A stretch of DNA of 64,000 bases from an uncultured delta proteobacterium (lineage in GTDB: Bacteria; Desulfobacterota; Desulfobaccia; Desulfobaccales; 0-14-0-80-60-11): contig CAWETI010000003.1 in NCBI GenBank assembly GCA_963812015.1, forward strand, positions 1,216,001 to 1,280,000, in the 5' to 3' direction. The stretch's first letter is position 1. Every line of letters begins with the position of its first letter. Positions 47,407 to 57,051 of this stretch are shown here, one piece after another. Both the position numbers and the translations under genes were made by a program. The notes beneath the pieces were generated by a model. That model was not told the origin of the DNA, did no database searches, and worked only from the letters and a program-made list of their open reading frames with translations.

Positions 47407-48633
47407 GTGAAAATCACGATCAGCGTTTTGGGACGTTTCTGGTTATTTTATCTTGCCAAACAACTCCAAGATCATAACTTTCTGGCTAAGTTAATCACCA
47501 GCTATCCCAAATTTGAGGCTGCCAGATATGGGGTTAATCCCGCCAACGTTGATTCGCTGTTGATCCATGAGATTCATAATCGCGGCTGGCGGAAAATCAG
47601 CCGATTCACCGAATCATGGTTCAATCCGCAATATATGATCTTCGAATTATTTGACCGCCATGCCTCAAGGCATATAACGAGTCAGAGCGATATCTTTGCG
47701 GGGCTGAGCGGTTGTTCCCTCTATTCGCTGCGGCAGGCCCGCCGGCTGGGGGCCAAAACCGTGCTGGAGCGCGGTTCGAGCCACATGCTTTACCAGAGAA
47801 AGATATTGGAAGAAGAATACCGCAAAGTTGGCCTGAGGAAAGAAGTGGTGCACCCCAAAGTCGTGGAGCGGGAATTGATGGAATACCAGGAGGCGGATTT
47901 TATTGCCGTACCGTCGCAATTTGTCAAAGACACCTTCTTGCAGCAGGGGGTACCCGAGGCACGGCTCATCCATGTTCCTTTTGGCGTTGATTTGACGAAT
48001 TTCTATCCTGCCCCCAAGCAAGATACGCTATTCAGGATCATTCATTGCGGCACGATCAGCATCCGGAAAGGCGTCCATTATTTATTGCAAGCCTTTGCTG
48101 AATTAAACCTGCCCCGGGCCGAATTGTGGTTGATCGGCAGCATGACCGATGAGATCAAGCCTTTTTGGCAGAAATTTGCCTCGGCGGCCATCCGCCATCA
48201 AGGTCCCTTTCCCGAAAGAGAATTGTATAAATATTATGCGCAGAGTTCGGTCTTCTGTCTGGCTTCCATCGAAGAAGGGCTGGCCATGGTGCAGGTCCAG
48301 GCCATGGCCTGCGGCTTGCCGGTGATCTGTACGACCAATACCGGGGGGGCCGATATCGTCAGGCAGGGCCAGGACGGGTTCATCGTGCCCATCCGGGATG
48401 TGGACGCCCTCAAAGAGAAAATCCTCTATTTCTATGAGAATCCTGAAGCCGGCGCGGTGATGGGGGAGTCAGCCCGGCTGCGGGTGCAAGCCGGTTATGC
48501 CTGGTCGGATTACGGCGATAAAATGATCGCAGCCTACCGGAAAGTGTTGCACCGGGATGATGAGGCGAATTCCCCCGGCGGAGCCGCTCATCATGGACCG
48601 CGGCGGCCAGGGTTGCCGCATAATCTCAAATAA
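47407..48633 (+). CDS. GT4 glycosyltransferase
   Basis: ERGSSH, VPSQFV, PFGVD, RKG, EEGLAMVQVQAMACG. Confidence 0.92.
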   Translation: MKITISVLGRFWLFYLAKQLQDHNFLAKLITSYPKFEAARYGVNPANVDSLLIHEIHNRGWRKISRFTESWFNPQYMIFELFDRHASRHITSQSDIFAGLSGCSLYSLRQARRLGAKTVLERGSSHMLYQRKILEEEYRKVGLRKEVVHPKVVERELMEYQEADFIAVPSQFVKDTFLQQGVPEARLIHVPFGVDLTNFYPAPKQDTLFRIIHCGTISIRKGVHYLLQAFAELNLPRAELWLIGSMTDEIKPFWQKFASAAIRHQGPFPERELYKYYAQSSVFCLASIEEGLAMVQVQAMACGLPVICTTNTGGADIVRQGQDGFIVPIRDVDALKEKILYFYENPEAGAVMGESARLRVQAGYAWSDYGDKMIAAYRKVLHRDDEANSPGGAAHHGPRRPGLPHNLK

Positions 48634-48676
48634 AGTTACCGACCAACAATCTCGAAAAAAGGGAGATTTACAAGAA

Positions 48677-49807
48677 ATGCCGGTGAACAAAGGGTTCTGG
48701 CGTGGGATGGGGGGCAACCTTGTCTTAATACTGGTGGCGGTGGTGCTGTGTGCGGTGGGACTGGAATTTGCCTGCCGGGCGCTGCCGGTTTCGGACAGCA
48801 TGGGATGGAACCGCACCCCGCCGCTTTCCGAAAGGGCGAAACGGTTTGACGCCTCCGCCCCCATGAAGATCGTGGCACTTGGGAACTCATTCGCAGAGTG
48901 GCGGGCGGGAGAAGGGGTGAACATGTTTGACCTGCTCCAGGAGGATTTATCCCCCCAGGGGTGCAAGATCCTTAATCTCGGCCAAGCCGGCACCGATGTC
49001 ATTGATTATATTGAGTCGTACCGTCGGTATGTGAACTTTACCCCTGACGCCATAATACTATGTCTGACCCTTGGCAACAACGTGTATGATTACTCTGAAA
49101 AATTAGACGTGAGGGAAACCGAGTCGGGTTCGGAAGCCCCGCGATCCGGTATGAAAGGGTTTATAAAAAGGCATAGCGTAGTGTTAAATTATCTCTTCCG
49201 CCTGAGTAAACAATATCTTCCGGTTGTGCAGTCTGGGTCTTTTGATCAGGACCTAAAGAGTCGGCAAAAGAAGGCTGGACTCACTGATGCTCAGGTCCAA
49301 AGCCGCATGGCCAAGCTTGACCCGAAGATCATCGAACTTGCCCGGAGCGATGCAGTGAACCCGTGGGTTCCGGCCATTGGCGCCATCAGCCCGGAGTATT
49401 ACAAGGAGTTATGTAGTGAATCATCACCGAAGGGCCGGGCGATGGCCGAAGACACCCTAAGACTCATCCGGGACTTTTGCTCTGCCCAGAAGGTTAAACA
49501 TTTCCTGGTGTTGCTTCTTCCCGAGAGCCTGCAAGTATCTGAAAAATATGACGAATTTTTCAAGAGGTGCGGCTATGACCTCGATAATTTCCCGTTGCAA
49601 GAGCGCCGCGGCTTGACCAGATACCTCCAGAGGCGCTTGGGAGATTTCGGCATCATGTCATTAGATACGACGCCGGCGCTGGAAAAGGTTTATCCGGCGT
49701 ATATTCCCCTGGATACCCACCCGAATTCCCAGGGACATAAGGCCATTGCCAATGCGATGGCGAAGTTCATAAGCCAGCATTTCGCAGGGAAGCCATCCGC
49801 TGAATAG
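48677..49807 (+). CDS. Membrane-anchored SGNH/GDSL-fold protein (AlgX/AlgJ-like)
   Basis: Single N-terminal TM, ALGNSF block I, NLGQAG, C-terminal DTHPNSQGH (DxH). Confidence 0.8.
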   Translation: MPVNKGFWRGMGGNLVLILVAVVLCAVGLEFACRALPVSDSMGWNRTPPLSERAKRFDASAPMKIVALGNSFAEWRAGEGVNMFDLLQEDLSPQGCKILNLGQAGTDVIDYIESYRRYVNFTPDAIILCLTLGNNVYDYSEKLDVRETESGSEAPRSGMKGFIKRHSVVLNYLFRLSKQYLPVVQSGSFDQDLKSRQKKAGLTDAQVQSRMAKLDPKIIELARSDAVNPWVPAIGAISPEYYKELCSESSPKGRAMAEDTLRLIRDFCSAQKVKHFLVLLLPESLQVSEKYDEFFKRCGYDLDNFPLQERRGLTRYLQRRLGDFGIMSLDTTPALEKVYPAYIPLDTHPNSQGHKAIANAMAKFISQHFAGKPSAE

Positions 49808-49939
49808 GGCGGTTTTATGCATAGCCATTGTCGATATGCCTACTAGACCTCGTGGCCTTTCTTCGCCAGAAAGTAAGGCGGAGGCTGACTAGTTAATCCT
49901 GACGGGGGAGCATATTACCCAGCGCCGATTGCCAACTCT

Positions 49940-50872
49940 ATGGTGGAATTTAAAACCAAACAATGGCTCAGTCATCATGCAGGCTTGAGCGCCGGTCTCT
50001 TTAAAAGAATACTCTATGTTATTATTCGCCCGTTACTATCTTTTAAGTATTCTCGCTATCTCTCTCAGGAAACGATTCAAGCCTATCAGCCGCGTTTTTG
50101 CCTGGGTTCCCGGGGGATGCCGTTGGAAAGCCGGCGCCGCTGGGGCAGTAAGTACCTAAAAAATATCCGGGATGCCATCGTGCTGGTCCAGGGCACCGGC
50201 ACCGGTTGGGATGTGATCAGCTGGGCCCAACTCAGGCCCCGGCAAATTATCGCCACGGATATGTTTCCTTTTGAAGATTCGTGGGGGGAGATCGCCAGGT
50301 ATTGTTATGATCGCTATCAGGTCAGGGTGGATTTCCGGCTGTCTGCCATTGAGGCCGTACCTTTTTTGGCTGATAACAGTGTCGATTTAATTGCTTCGGA
50401 CGCGGTTTATGAGCATTGCCGGGATTTGTCCGCCGTCATGCAGGAGAGCTTCAGAATCCTGAAGCCGGGAGGCTGCATCTATGCGTCCTATGGCCCCCTG
50501 TATTTTTGCGCCAGCGGCGATCACTTTTCCGGGCGTGGCGGGCTTTCGACCTGCTTCAACCATCTCGGGTTGGAGCCGGAGGCCTATCAGCGCTACCTTG
50601 CCGCGAACCAGGAAGAGATCGAGGATTTTCAGGGTGGCGCCAGATACATCGAGCTCAAGTTATTCTCTTATCTAACCACCCGCCAATATCTGAAGATTTA
50701 TCAGGCCGCGCATTTTGTGGTTAAGGAGATAATTTTGGAGATATCGCCGAAGGCATTACAATTTAAGAAAATATATCCTGATAAATTCGATTTTATAGTC
50801 AATAAGTATAAAGATAGGTGCCATCCGGATGATTTATTGATCAAAGTCAATCTCATCATACTTCAAAAATAG
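49940..50872 (+). CDS. Class I SAM-dependent methyltransferase
   Basis: VLVQGTGTG, SVDLIASDAVYEH, RILKPGG. Confidence 0.85.
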   Translation: MVEFKTKQWLSHHAGLSAGLFKRILYVIIRPLLSFKYSRYLSQETIQAYQPRFCLGSRGMPLESRRRWGSKYLKNIRDAIVLVQGTGTGWDVISWAQLRPRQIIATDMFPFEDSWGEIARYCYDRYQVRVDFRLSAIEAVPFLADNSVDLIASDAVYEHCRDLSAVMQESFRILKPGGCIYASYGPLYFCASGDHFSGRGGLSTCFNHLGLEPEAYQRYLAANQEEIEDFQGGARYIELKLFSYLTTRQYLKIYQAAHFVVKEIILEISPKALQFKKIYPDKFDFIVNKYKDRCHPDDLLIKVNLIILQK

Positions 50873-50924
50873 ATAAGTAATGTGCGTATAATATGTTAAA
50901 GATTCTGAAGAAATCACTTACCCG

Positions 50925-50993
50925 GTCATGCTGAGGGAACGAAGCGACCGCAGAATCTCAGGATAAGAGATTCTGCGCGGCGCGCAGAAGGCC
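50925..50993. repeat. REP-like palindromic element
   Basis: Perfect 11-bp inverted repeat CGCAGAATCTC (50949-50959) / GAGATTCTGCG (50967-50977) inside GTCATGCTGAG...CGCAGAAGGC. Confidence 0.65.
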
Positions 50994-51080
50994 AAAAATG
51001 CGCCTTTGGCAGAAGTCTCAGGTTATTATACAAGTTGAATAATACGGCAATATTTTCCTAAAGAGGCAGAGCAGGCGGGC

Positions 51081-52550
51081 ATGATCAACCGGCTAGTCAA
51101 AGGTATCGGCGCCAATTTCTTGGGGCAGATCATTAATATCATCTCGAGAATTGTGCTGGTGCCGCTGTTCTTGCTGGCCTGGGGCACAGATATTTATGGA
51201 GAATGGCTGCTCCTTTCTTCCATGGTGGCGTATCTTTCTTTAACGGAGATGGGGGCCCAGTTATATATTGTCAACCTTATGACCCAGGCCTTCGCCCGCC
51301 GGGACAATGACCACCTGTGCAAGGTCTTGCACACCGGCCTGGCCTTATTCCTCATCGTCCCCATTGCCGTGTTCAGCGTTTTCGTGGCGGTGATTTTCTT
51401 CTTCAACCCGGCCTCATTCCTCCATATTACCCAAACCAGCCATGCCATGGTTATCCTGGTCCTGGCCATCTTGGCTTTTCAGATTGTCATCTCCCTGCCC
51501 ACCAGTGTTTTATTGAGAGTTTACTTCGCCGTGGAAATGCTGCCCCGGGGGGTCATGCTGCTCAACCTGATGCTGCTGATGAGTCTCATCTTGGTGGCCG
51601 GGGGGTTGTGGCTGGGTTGGGGTATGGTTGCCATCGCCCTGCTCCAGCTCGTTCCCTATGGGCTCACCGCCGGCATTGCCCTTTATGATCTCAACCGGAA
51701 ATTTCCCCAATTTAAGATCCTGTCCTTGCAGGAGGCGGATTTTTCTTTTGGCGTGAGTTTCATTAAACCCAGTCTGCACTTTTTCCTCATTCAGCTCGGC
51801 CAGGCTTTTTCTCTGCAAGGGACCGTGCTGGTGGTGGGGATGGTGATGGGGCCGATCCAGGTGGTGCTTTTTTCCACCATGCGGACCATCGTCAACCTGA
51901 TCCGATCATTTCTCGATCAACTCTCCCATGCGGCCTGGCCCGAGATGACGCGCCTGGACGCCCAACAGGATAGTGATAAATTTCTGCTCCTCTTTCGGGT
52001 GATCTTGCGTACGGCCTTGGTGGCTGCCGTCATCTTTATGACGATCTTTCATTTCTTCGGCGGCTATATCTATCATTTCTGGTTGAGGAAAACGGTGCCC
52101 TTCGAGCAGCCGGTGATGGACCTGTTCCTGATCTACATGGGGCAATTTATCTTCTGGCTCACCTGCAGCCATCCCTTGCAGGCCACCAACCGGCATCAGA
52201 CCCTGGCCAAGATGCTGTTCGTCTCCTCTCTCCTCACCATTGCCCTGGCCTACCTGGGCGGACGGCATCTGGGGTTGCCGGGGATTGTCCTGGGCATGAT
52301 CGTCGGGGACCTGATCCTGCCTTTCTGGTTTGTCCCGTATCTGCTGAGGGGTTATCACGCGAGTTTCTCTTGCAAGTTTTTCGCCATGGAAATGACGCCC
52401 TATATCACGAGTTTAGTAATCCTGGCCACCATCCCCTGGCTCGCCCCCCTGGTCATGCTCGGGCTCCTGGTTTGGTGGTTGAAGGCGGTACCCGGCCATA
52501 TCCTGCGACTGGATCAGTGGCGGCAACTCAAAAAGATGGTGCATTTATGA
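51081..52550 (+). CDS. wzx: Wzx/MOP-family polysaccharide flippase
   Basis: About 12-14 TM segments, VPLFLLAWGTDIYGEW, AWPEMTRL, FWL. Confidence 0.85.
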   Translation: MINRLVKGIGANFLGQIINIISRIVLVPLFLLAWGTDIYGEWLLLSSMVAYLSLTEMGAQLYIVNLMTQAFARRDNDHLCKVLHTGLALFLIVPIAVFSVFVAVIFFFNPASFLHITQTSHAMVILVLAILAFQIVISLPTSVLLRVYFAVEMLPRGVMLLNLMLLMSLILVAGGLWLGWGMVAIALLQLVPYGLTAGIALYDLNRKFPQFKILSLQEADFSFGVSFIKPSLHFFLIQLGQAFSLQGTVLVVGMVMGPIQVVLFSTMRTIVNLIRSFLDQLSHAAWPEMTRLDAQQDSDKFLLLFRVILRTALVAAVIFMTIFHFFGGYIYHFWLRKTVPFEQPVMDLFLIYMGQFIFWLTCSHPLQATNRHQTLAKMLFVSSLLTIALAYLGGRHLGLPGIVLGMIVGDLILPFWFVPYLLRGYHASFSCKFFAMEMTPYITSLVILATIPWLAPLVMLGLLVWWLKAVPGHILRLDQWRQLKKMVHL

Positions 52551-52614
52551 GGTCAGGGCGCGGCAACCGGGGACATGTGGGGCTCGTCATGGGCAAGGGG
52601 CGGCCGGCGAAGTC

Positions 52615-53805
52615 ATGAAGATTCTCCATGTGATTGCCAACCTGGCTCCCCGTTACGGCGGCCCTTCCAAGGCCTGCTGGGAAATGGCCCGGGCCGTGGC
52701 CCGGTTAGGGCACGAGGTGAGCATCTATACCACCAACCAGGACGGGCCCGGAGAATTGGAGGTGCCGGTGGATCGCCCGGTGTGGCGGGATGGCGTGGAA
52801 ATCCGCTATTTTCCCATTCAAGCGCCCCGCTTCTGGGGCACTTCCCTGCCCCTGGCCCTGGCCCTGCGGCGCCAGATCCCGACAGTCGATCTGGTGCACA
52901 TCCACTCCCTCTATCTGTTCCACAACCTGGTGGCGGGCCACTACTGCCGGCGCTACGCCGTTCCCTATCTGGTGCGCCCCCACGGGACCCTGGACCCCTT
53001 TATCCGCCGGCGGCACCGCTGGCGCAAGCACCTCATGGAAGGCTGGTTTGAGGACCGCAATATCCGCCAGGCCGCGGCCCTCCACTTCACTACCCGGGAG
53101 GAAGCGGAATTGGCGGCGCCGTTCACCTTCAAAACCCCCGGTCTGGTGGTGCCCCTGGGGATCAACTTCGATGAATTTGCGGCGATGCCGGAGCCGGGCC
53201 GATTCAGGGGCCGGCATCCCGAAATCGGCGACAAGGCCATCGTCCTGTTTTTCGGGCGGATTAACTTCAAAAAGGGCCTGGATATTCTGGCCAAGGCCTT
53301 TGGGGCCGTGGCCCGCCGGCGGGAGGACGTCCATCTGGTGATTGCCGGGCCCGACAATGAGGGTTGGGGCGCCCGGGTCCGCGCCTGGTTAGGGGAGGAG
53401 GGCGTGCTGGACCGCACCACTTTTACCGGGATGCTGTTGGGGCCTGAGAAACTGGCCGTACTGCGGGACGCCGGCATGTTTGTGCTGCCCTCCTATTCGG
53501 AGAATTTTGGCCTGGCGGTCATCGAAGCCATGGCCGCGGGCCTGCCGGTGATTATTTCCGACCAGGTCAATATCTGGCGGGAGATCCAAACCGGGGAGGC
53601 TGGCCGGGTGATCCCGTGTGCGGCCCCGGCCCTGGCCGACCAGATCCTGGACCTCTTGGACCACCCCGCAGCCGCGAGGCACATGGGCCAGCAAGGCCGA
53701 TCTCTGGTGCAGGAGCGCTTCCAATGGCCCCAAATCGCCCAGCGTCTGGCCGAGGCCTACGGCCGGATCATTGAGGCGAACCAAAGGAACCGGGGCGACC
53801 ATTGA
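52615..53805 (+). CDS. GT4 glycosyltransferase
   Basis: YGGPS, PHGTL, FFGRINFKKG, SENFGLAVIEAMA. Confidence 0.94.
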   Translation: MKILHVIANLAPRYGGPSKACWEMARAVARLGHEVSIYTTNQDGPGELEVPVDRPVWRDGVEIRYFPIQAPRFWGTSLPLALALRRQIPTVDLVHIHSLYLFHNLVAGHYCRRYAVPYLVRPHGTLDPFIRRRHRWRKHLMEGWFEDRNIRQAAALHFTTREEAELAAPFTFKTPGLVVPLGINFDEFAAMPEPGRFRGRHPEIGDKAIVLFFGRINFKKGLDILAKAFGAVARRREDVHLVIAGPDNEGWGARVRAWLGEEGVLDRTTFTGMLLGPEKLAVLRDAGMFVLPSYSENFGLAVIEAMAAGLPVIISDQVNIWREIQTGEAGRVIPCAAPALADQILDLLDHPAAARHMGQQGRSLVQERFQWPQIAQRLAEAYGRIIEANQRNRGDH

Positions 53806-53839
53806 CCCGGAGAACTCACCCGCTAGCCCGGAAGAAGCC

Positions 53840-54721
53840 ATGACCGACGAATCCCGAAAGAGTCCGGTATCGGTGCTGATTTGCACCAAGAATGAAGAGC
53901 GCAACCTGGGTGATTGCCTCAAGAGCGTGGCCTGGGCCGATGACTGCACGGTCTTTGATTCCTACAGCGATGATCAGACCGTCAAGATCGCCCAGGCAGA
54001 AGGCGCCAGGGTGGTGCAGCGGCAGTTTGACAATTTTTCCGCCCACAAAAACTGGGCCCTGGACCACCTTGATTTTAAGTATGATTGGATCCTGATTGTG
54101 GATGCTGATGAGCGGGTGACCCCGGAGCTGGCCCGGGAGATCGCGGCGTTAGTCAGCGGCTCGCCGGAACACCACGGTTACTACCTGGCCCGGAAGAACT
54201 TTTTTGCCGGCACCTGGATCCGGCACGGCGGCTGGTATCCCGACTGGAATCTGCGGCTGTTGCGCCGGGGGCGAGGACGCTATGAACCGCGCCTGGTCCA
54301 CGAGCATATCCTCTTGGAGGGCCCCCCGGGCTTTTTGGAGAACCCGCTCATCCATTATGATTACAAGGGGATCGAGCGCTACTTTGACCGCCACAACGTC
54401 TATTCCAGCCTGGAGGCCGTGGAGGCCCATCGGACCCTGACCGCGCCGGGCCGGCCCCAGGGGCTGCCGGCGGCTTTGCGGGCCCCGGGGCCGGAGCGCC
54501 GTCGGTTCTTGAAAAATCTCGCCTACCGGTATCTGCCGGCCCGGGCCTTGATGAAATTTCTGTGGATGTACTTGATTAAACTGGGTTTCTTAGACGGGCG
54601 CATGGGGTTTCGCTATTGCCTGCTCCACACCTTTTACGACTACCAGATCAGTCTCAAGCTGGAAGAATTGCGCGACCCCCACTCCCCTCTGTCCCAAAAA
54701 TACAAGGATATTTCAGCCTGA
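53840..54721 (+). CDS. GT2 glycosyltransferase (WaaE/KdtX-like)
   Basis: Start MTDESRK at 53840; ICTKNEE, DSYSDD, VDADE, WYPDW, VHE, GFLDG. Confidence 0.92.
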   Translation: MTDESRKSPVSVLICTKNEERNLGDCLKSVAWADDCTVFDSYSDDQTVKIAQAEGARVVQRQFDNFSAHKNWALDHLDFKYDWILIVDADERVTPELAREIAALVSGSPEHHGYYLARKNFFAGTWIRHGGWYPDWNLRLLRRGRGRYEPRLVHEHILLEGPPGFLENPLIHYDYKGIERYFDRHNVYSSLEAVEAHRTLTAPGRPQGLPAALRAPGPERRRFLKNLAYRYLPARALMKFLWMYLIKLGFLDGRMGFRYCLLHTFYDYQISLKLEELRDPHSPLSQKYKDISA

Positions 54722-54759
54722 GGGGCTTTGGGCCGGCAGGGGAGGGGAGAGGCGGAAAC

Positions 54760-55713
54760 ATGAGGGCGTTGCCAAACGATGACCGACCCTGCGGGATGTG
54801 CGGCCAGGCGTGCCGGGTGCGCCTGGAGGGGCTGTTTGATGACCGGTTCGGGGCGCCCGGCGCCTACGCCATCCTCCAGTGTACCGATTGCGGCCAGGAG
54901 CAGACCTGGCCCCGACCGGCGGAACCTGAACTCAAAGCGTTATACGAGCGGTTCTATAACGCCGGGGTCGAGCCTGACAGCTTCTACCGGGGCCTTAGGG
55001 AGCGCTTCTTTGCCTCCGGCCTGTATCGCCTCTGGCTCTCGTGGGACGGGGACCTGGGTTTTCACGGGCGCCGGGGCGCCGGCAGGTTGCTGGACGTGGG
55101 GTGCAATGAGGGGCGGGGCTTGGGTCTTTACGCCGGCAACGGCTTTCAGGTGGAAGGCCTGGAGCTGAACGAAGCGGCCGCGGCAGTGGCCCGCCGGCGG
55201 GGTTTCCGGGTGCACACCGAGCCGCTGGCGCAGTTCAGGCCGGAGGAGCCTTATGACGTGGTGGTCCTGGCCAACGTCCTGGAGCACGCCTGGGACCCGG
55301 TGATGATGCTGGGCGAGGTGCGGCGCCTGGTGCGGCCGGAGGGCGAGGTCTGGATTTCCTGCCCCAACGCCGCCAGCCTCTGGCGCCGGGTGTTCGGGCG
55401 CGCCTGGGTCAACTGGCATGTGCCCTACCACCTCTGGCACTTTTCTCCGGCCACCCTGGAAGCGGTCCTGGCGCGAGCCGGCTATGAGGTCGCGGCACTC
55501 GACACCTTGAGCCCGGCTGTCTGGCTGGCCCAGTCTCTCTGTGTCAGCCTGGCCGCCCGGGAGGGCCGCAGCAACCGGGTGATGCGGTCGGCTCCGGTGG
55601 CCGCCGGGCTGACGCTGCTGGCCCGGGCCATGGTATTGCCGTGGTTCAGACATCTCAATCGGGACCGGACCGGGGACTGCCTGATCGTCAGGGCCCGGCC
55701 CCGGCAAGGATGA
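54760..55713 (+). CDS. Class I SAM-dependent methyltransferase with N-terminal Zn ribbon
   Basis: CGMC...CTDC, LLDVGCNEG, VLEH, PYHLWHF. Confidence 0.9.
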   Translation: MRALPNDDRPCGMCGQACRVRLEGLFDDRFGAPGAYAILQCTDCGQEQTWPRPAEPELKALYERFYNAGVEPDSFYRGLRERFFASGLYRLWLSWDGDLGFHGRRGAGRLLDVGCNEGRGLGLYAGNGFQVEGLELNEAAAAVARRRGFRVHTEPLAQFRPEEPYDVVVLANVLEHAWDPVMMLGEVRRLVRPEGEVWISCPNAASLWRRVFGRAWVNWHVPYHLWHFSPATLEAVLARAGYEVAALDTLSPAVWLAQSLCVSLAAREGRSNRVMRSAPVAAGLTLLARAMVLPWFRHLNRDRTGDCLIVRARPRQG

Positions 55714-55716
55714 ATC

Positions 55717-56970
55717 GTGGCGCTGCGACTGTTGATTCACGGCATCAATTATGCTCCCGAGTTTGTCGGGATCGGCCGTTATACCGGGGAGTTGGGCGCC
55801 TGGCTGCAGGCCCGGGGGCATGCGGTCACCGTCCTCACCGCCCCCCCTTACTATCCGGCTTGGCGGGTGCCGGAGGCTTACCGCCGGCCGGCCTGGCGGC
55901 GGGAATGGCTGGATGGGGTGGAGGTCCTCCGGGCCCCCCTCTATGCCCCGGCCCGGGTGACCGGCAAAGGCCGGGTGCTGCATGAACTCTCCTTTGGGGC
56001 CAGTTGCCTCGCCTGGTGGCCGGCTCTTTGGGCGCGGCCCTGGGACGCGGTCCTGGCGGTCTGCCCCCTGCTGCAATCGGGGTTGGTTCCGGCGCTCCTG
56101 GCCCGGCGCCGGCAAATCCCCTTTATTTTCCACGTTCAGGATTTGCAACTGGATGCCGCCCGAGAACTGGCGATCATCCGGCAGCCGCTCCTCCTATCCC
56201 TCCTGGAGCGCCTGGAACGCTTCCTGTTCACGCGGGCCCAGGCGGTGACCACCATTTCCCGGGCCATGGCGGCCAGGATCAAGGACAAGGGGGTGCCGCC
56301 GGCACGGATTCATCTCCTGCCCAACTGGGCGGACCTGGAGGACATCAAACCCGGGGAACGCCGGAACGCCTTGAGAACGGAATTGGGGTTGGAGGATGAA
56401 GTCATGGTCCTCTATGCCGGGAATCTGGGGGAGAAACAGGGGTTGGAGGTGATCCTGGAGGCCGCGGCGTTCACCCGCCATGATCCAGACATCCGCTATG
56501 TTTTCGTGGGGGAAGGGGCTGCCAGAAAACGGCTGATGGACCGGGCCCGGCGTCTGGCCCTGGATAGGGTGAGCTTTTTTCCTTTACAATCCCGGGACCG
56601 ATTTCCGCTGCTGCTGGCCGCAGCCGACATCCACCTCATCGTCCAGAAACGCCAGGCCTCAGACCTGGTCATGCCTTCCAAGCTGGGCAATATTTTGGCC
56701 GCGGGTGGGGCATTTATTGCCACGGCCCTGCCGGAGACGGAATTAGGCAGGGTCACCCTGGAGTCCCGGGCCGGCCTCCTGGCGCCCCCGGAAGATGCCG
56801 GCTCCCTGGCCCAGGCCATCATGAAACTCGCCCGAGACCGTGGGGCCCGCAGAAAAATGGGGGTTAGGGCGCGCAAATTTGCCGAAGCGGGCTTGGGACG
56901 TGATAAAATTCTGGCAGAATGGGAACATTTACTTTATCGTCTGGTAAATCAACAGAGAGCCGGGGCTTGA
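55717..56970 (+). CDS. wcaI: GT4 glycosyltransferase, WcaI family
   Basis: GINYAPE..GIGRYTGE, PPYYPAW, HVQD, PNW, YAGNLGEKQGL, DLVMPSKL. Confidence 0.88.
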   Translation: MALRLLIHGINYAPEFVGIGRYTGELGAWLQARGHAVTVLTAPPYYPAWRVPEAYRRPAWRREWLDGVEVLRAPLYAPARVTGKGRVLHELSFGASCLAWWPALWARPWDAVLAVCPLLQSGLVPALLARRRQIPFIFHVQDLQLDAARELAIIRQPLLLSLLERLERFLFTRAQAVTTISRAMAARIKDKGVPPARIHLLPNWADLEDIKPGERRNALRTELGLEDEVMVLYAGNLGEKQGLEVILEAAAFTRHDPDIRYVFVGEGAARKRLMDRARRLALDRVSFFPLQSRDRFPLLLAAADIHLIVQKRQASDLVMPSKLGNILAAGGAFIATALPETELGRVTLESRAGLLAPPEDAGSLAQAIMKLARDRGARRKMGVRARKFAEAGLGRDKILAEWEHLLYRLVNQQRAGA

Positions 56971-57051
56971 TGCAACCCGGATAAATAAGGTCGAACCGCG
57001 GGGTTAGGGCCCGGGACCGGTTGTTGTCAAGAACCGGCTCAGGCAGGAGAG

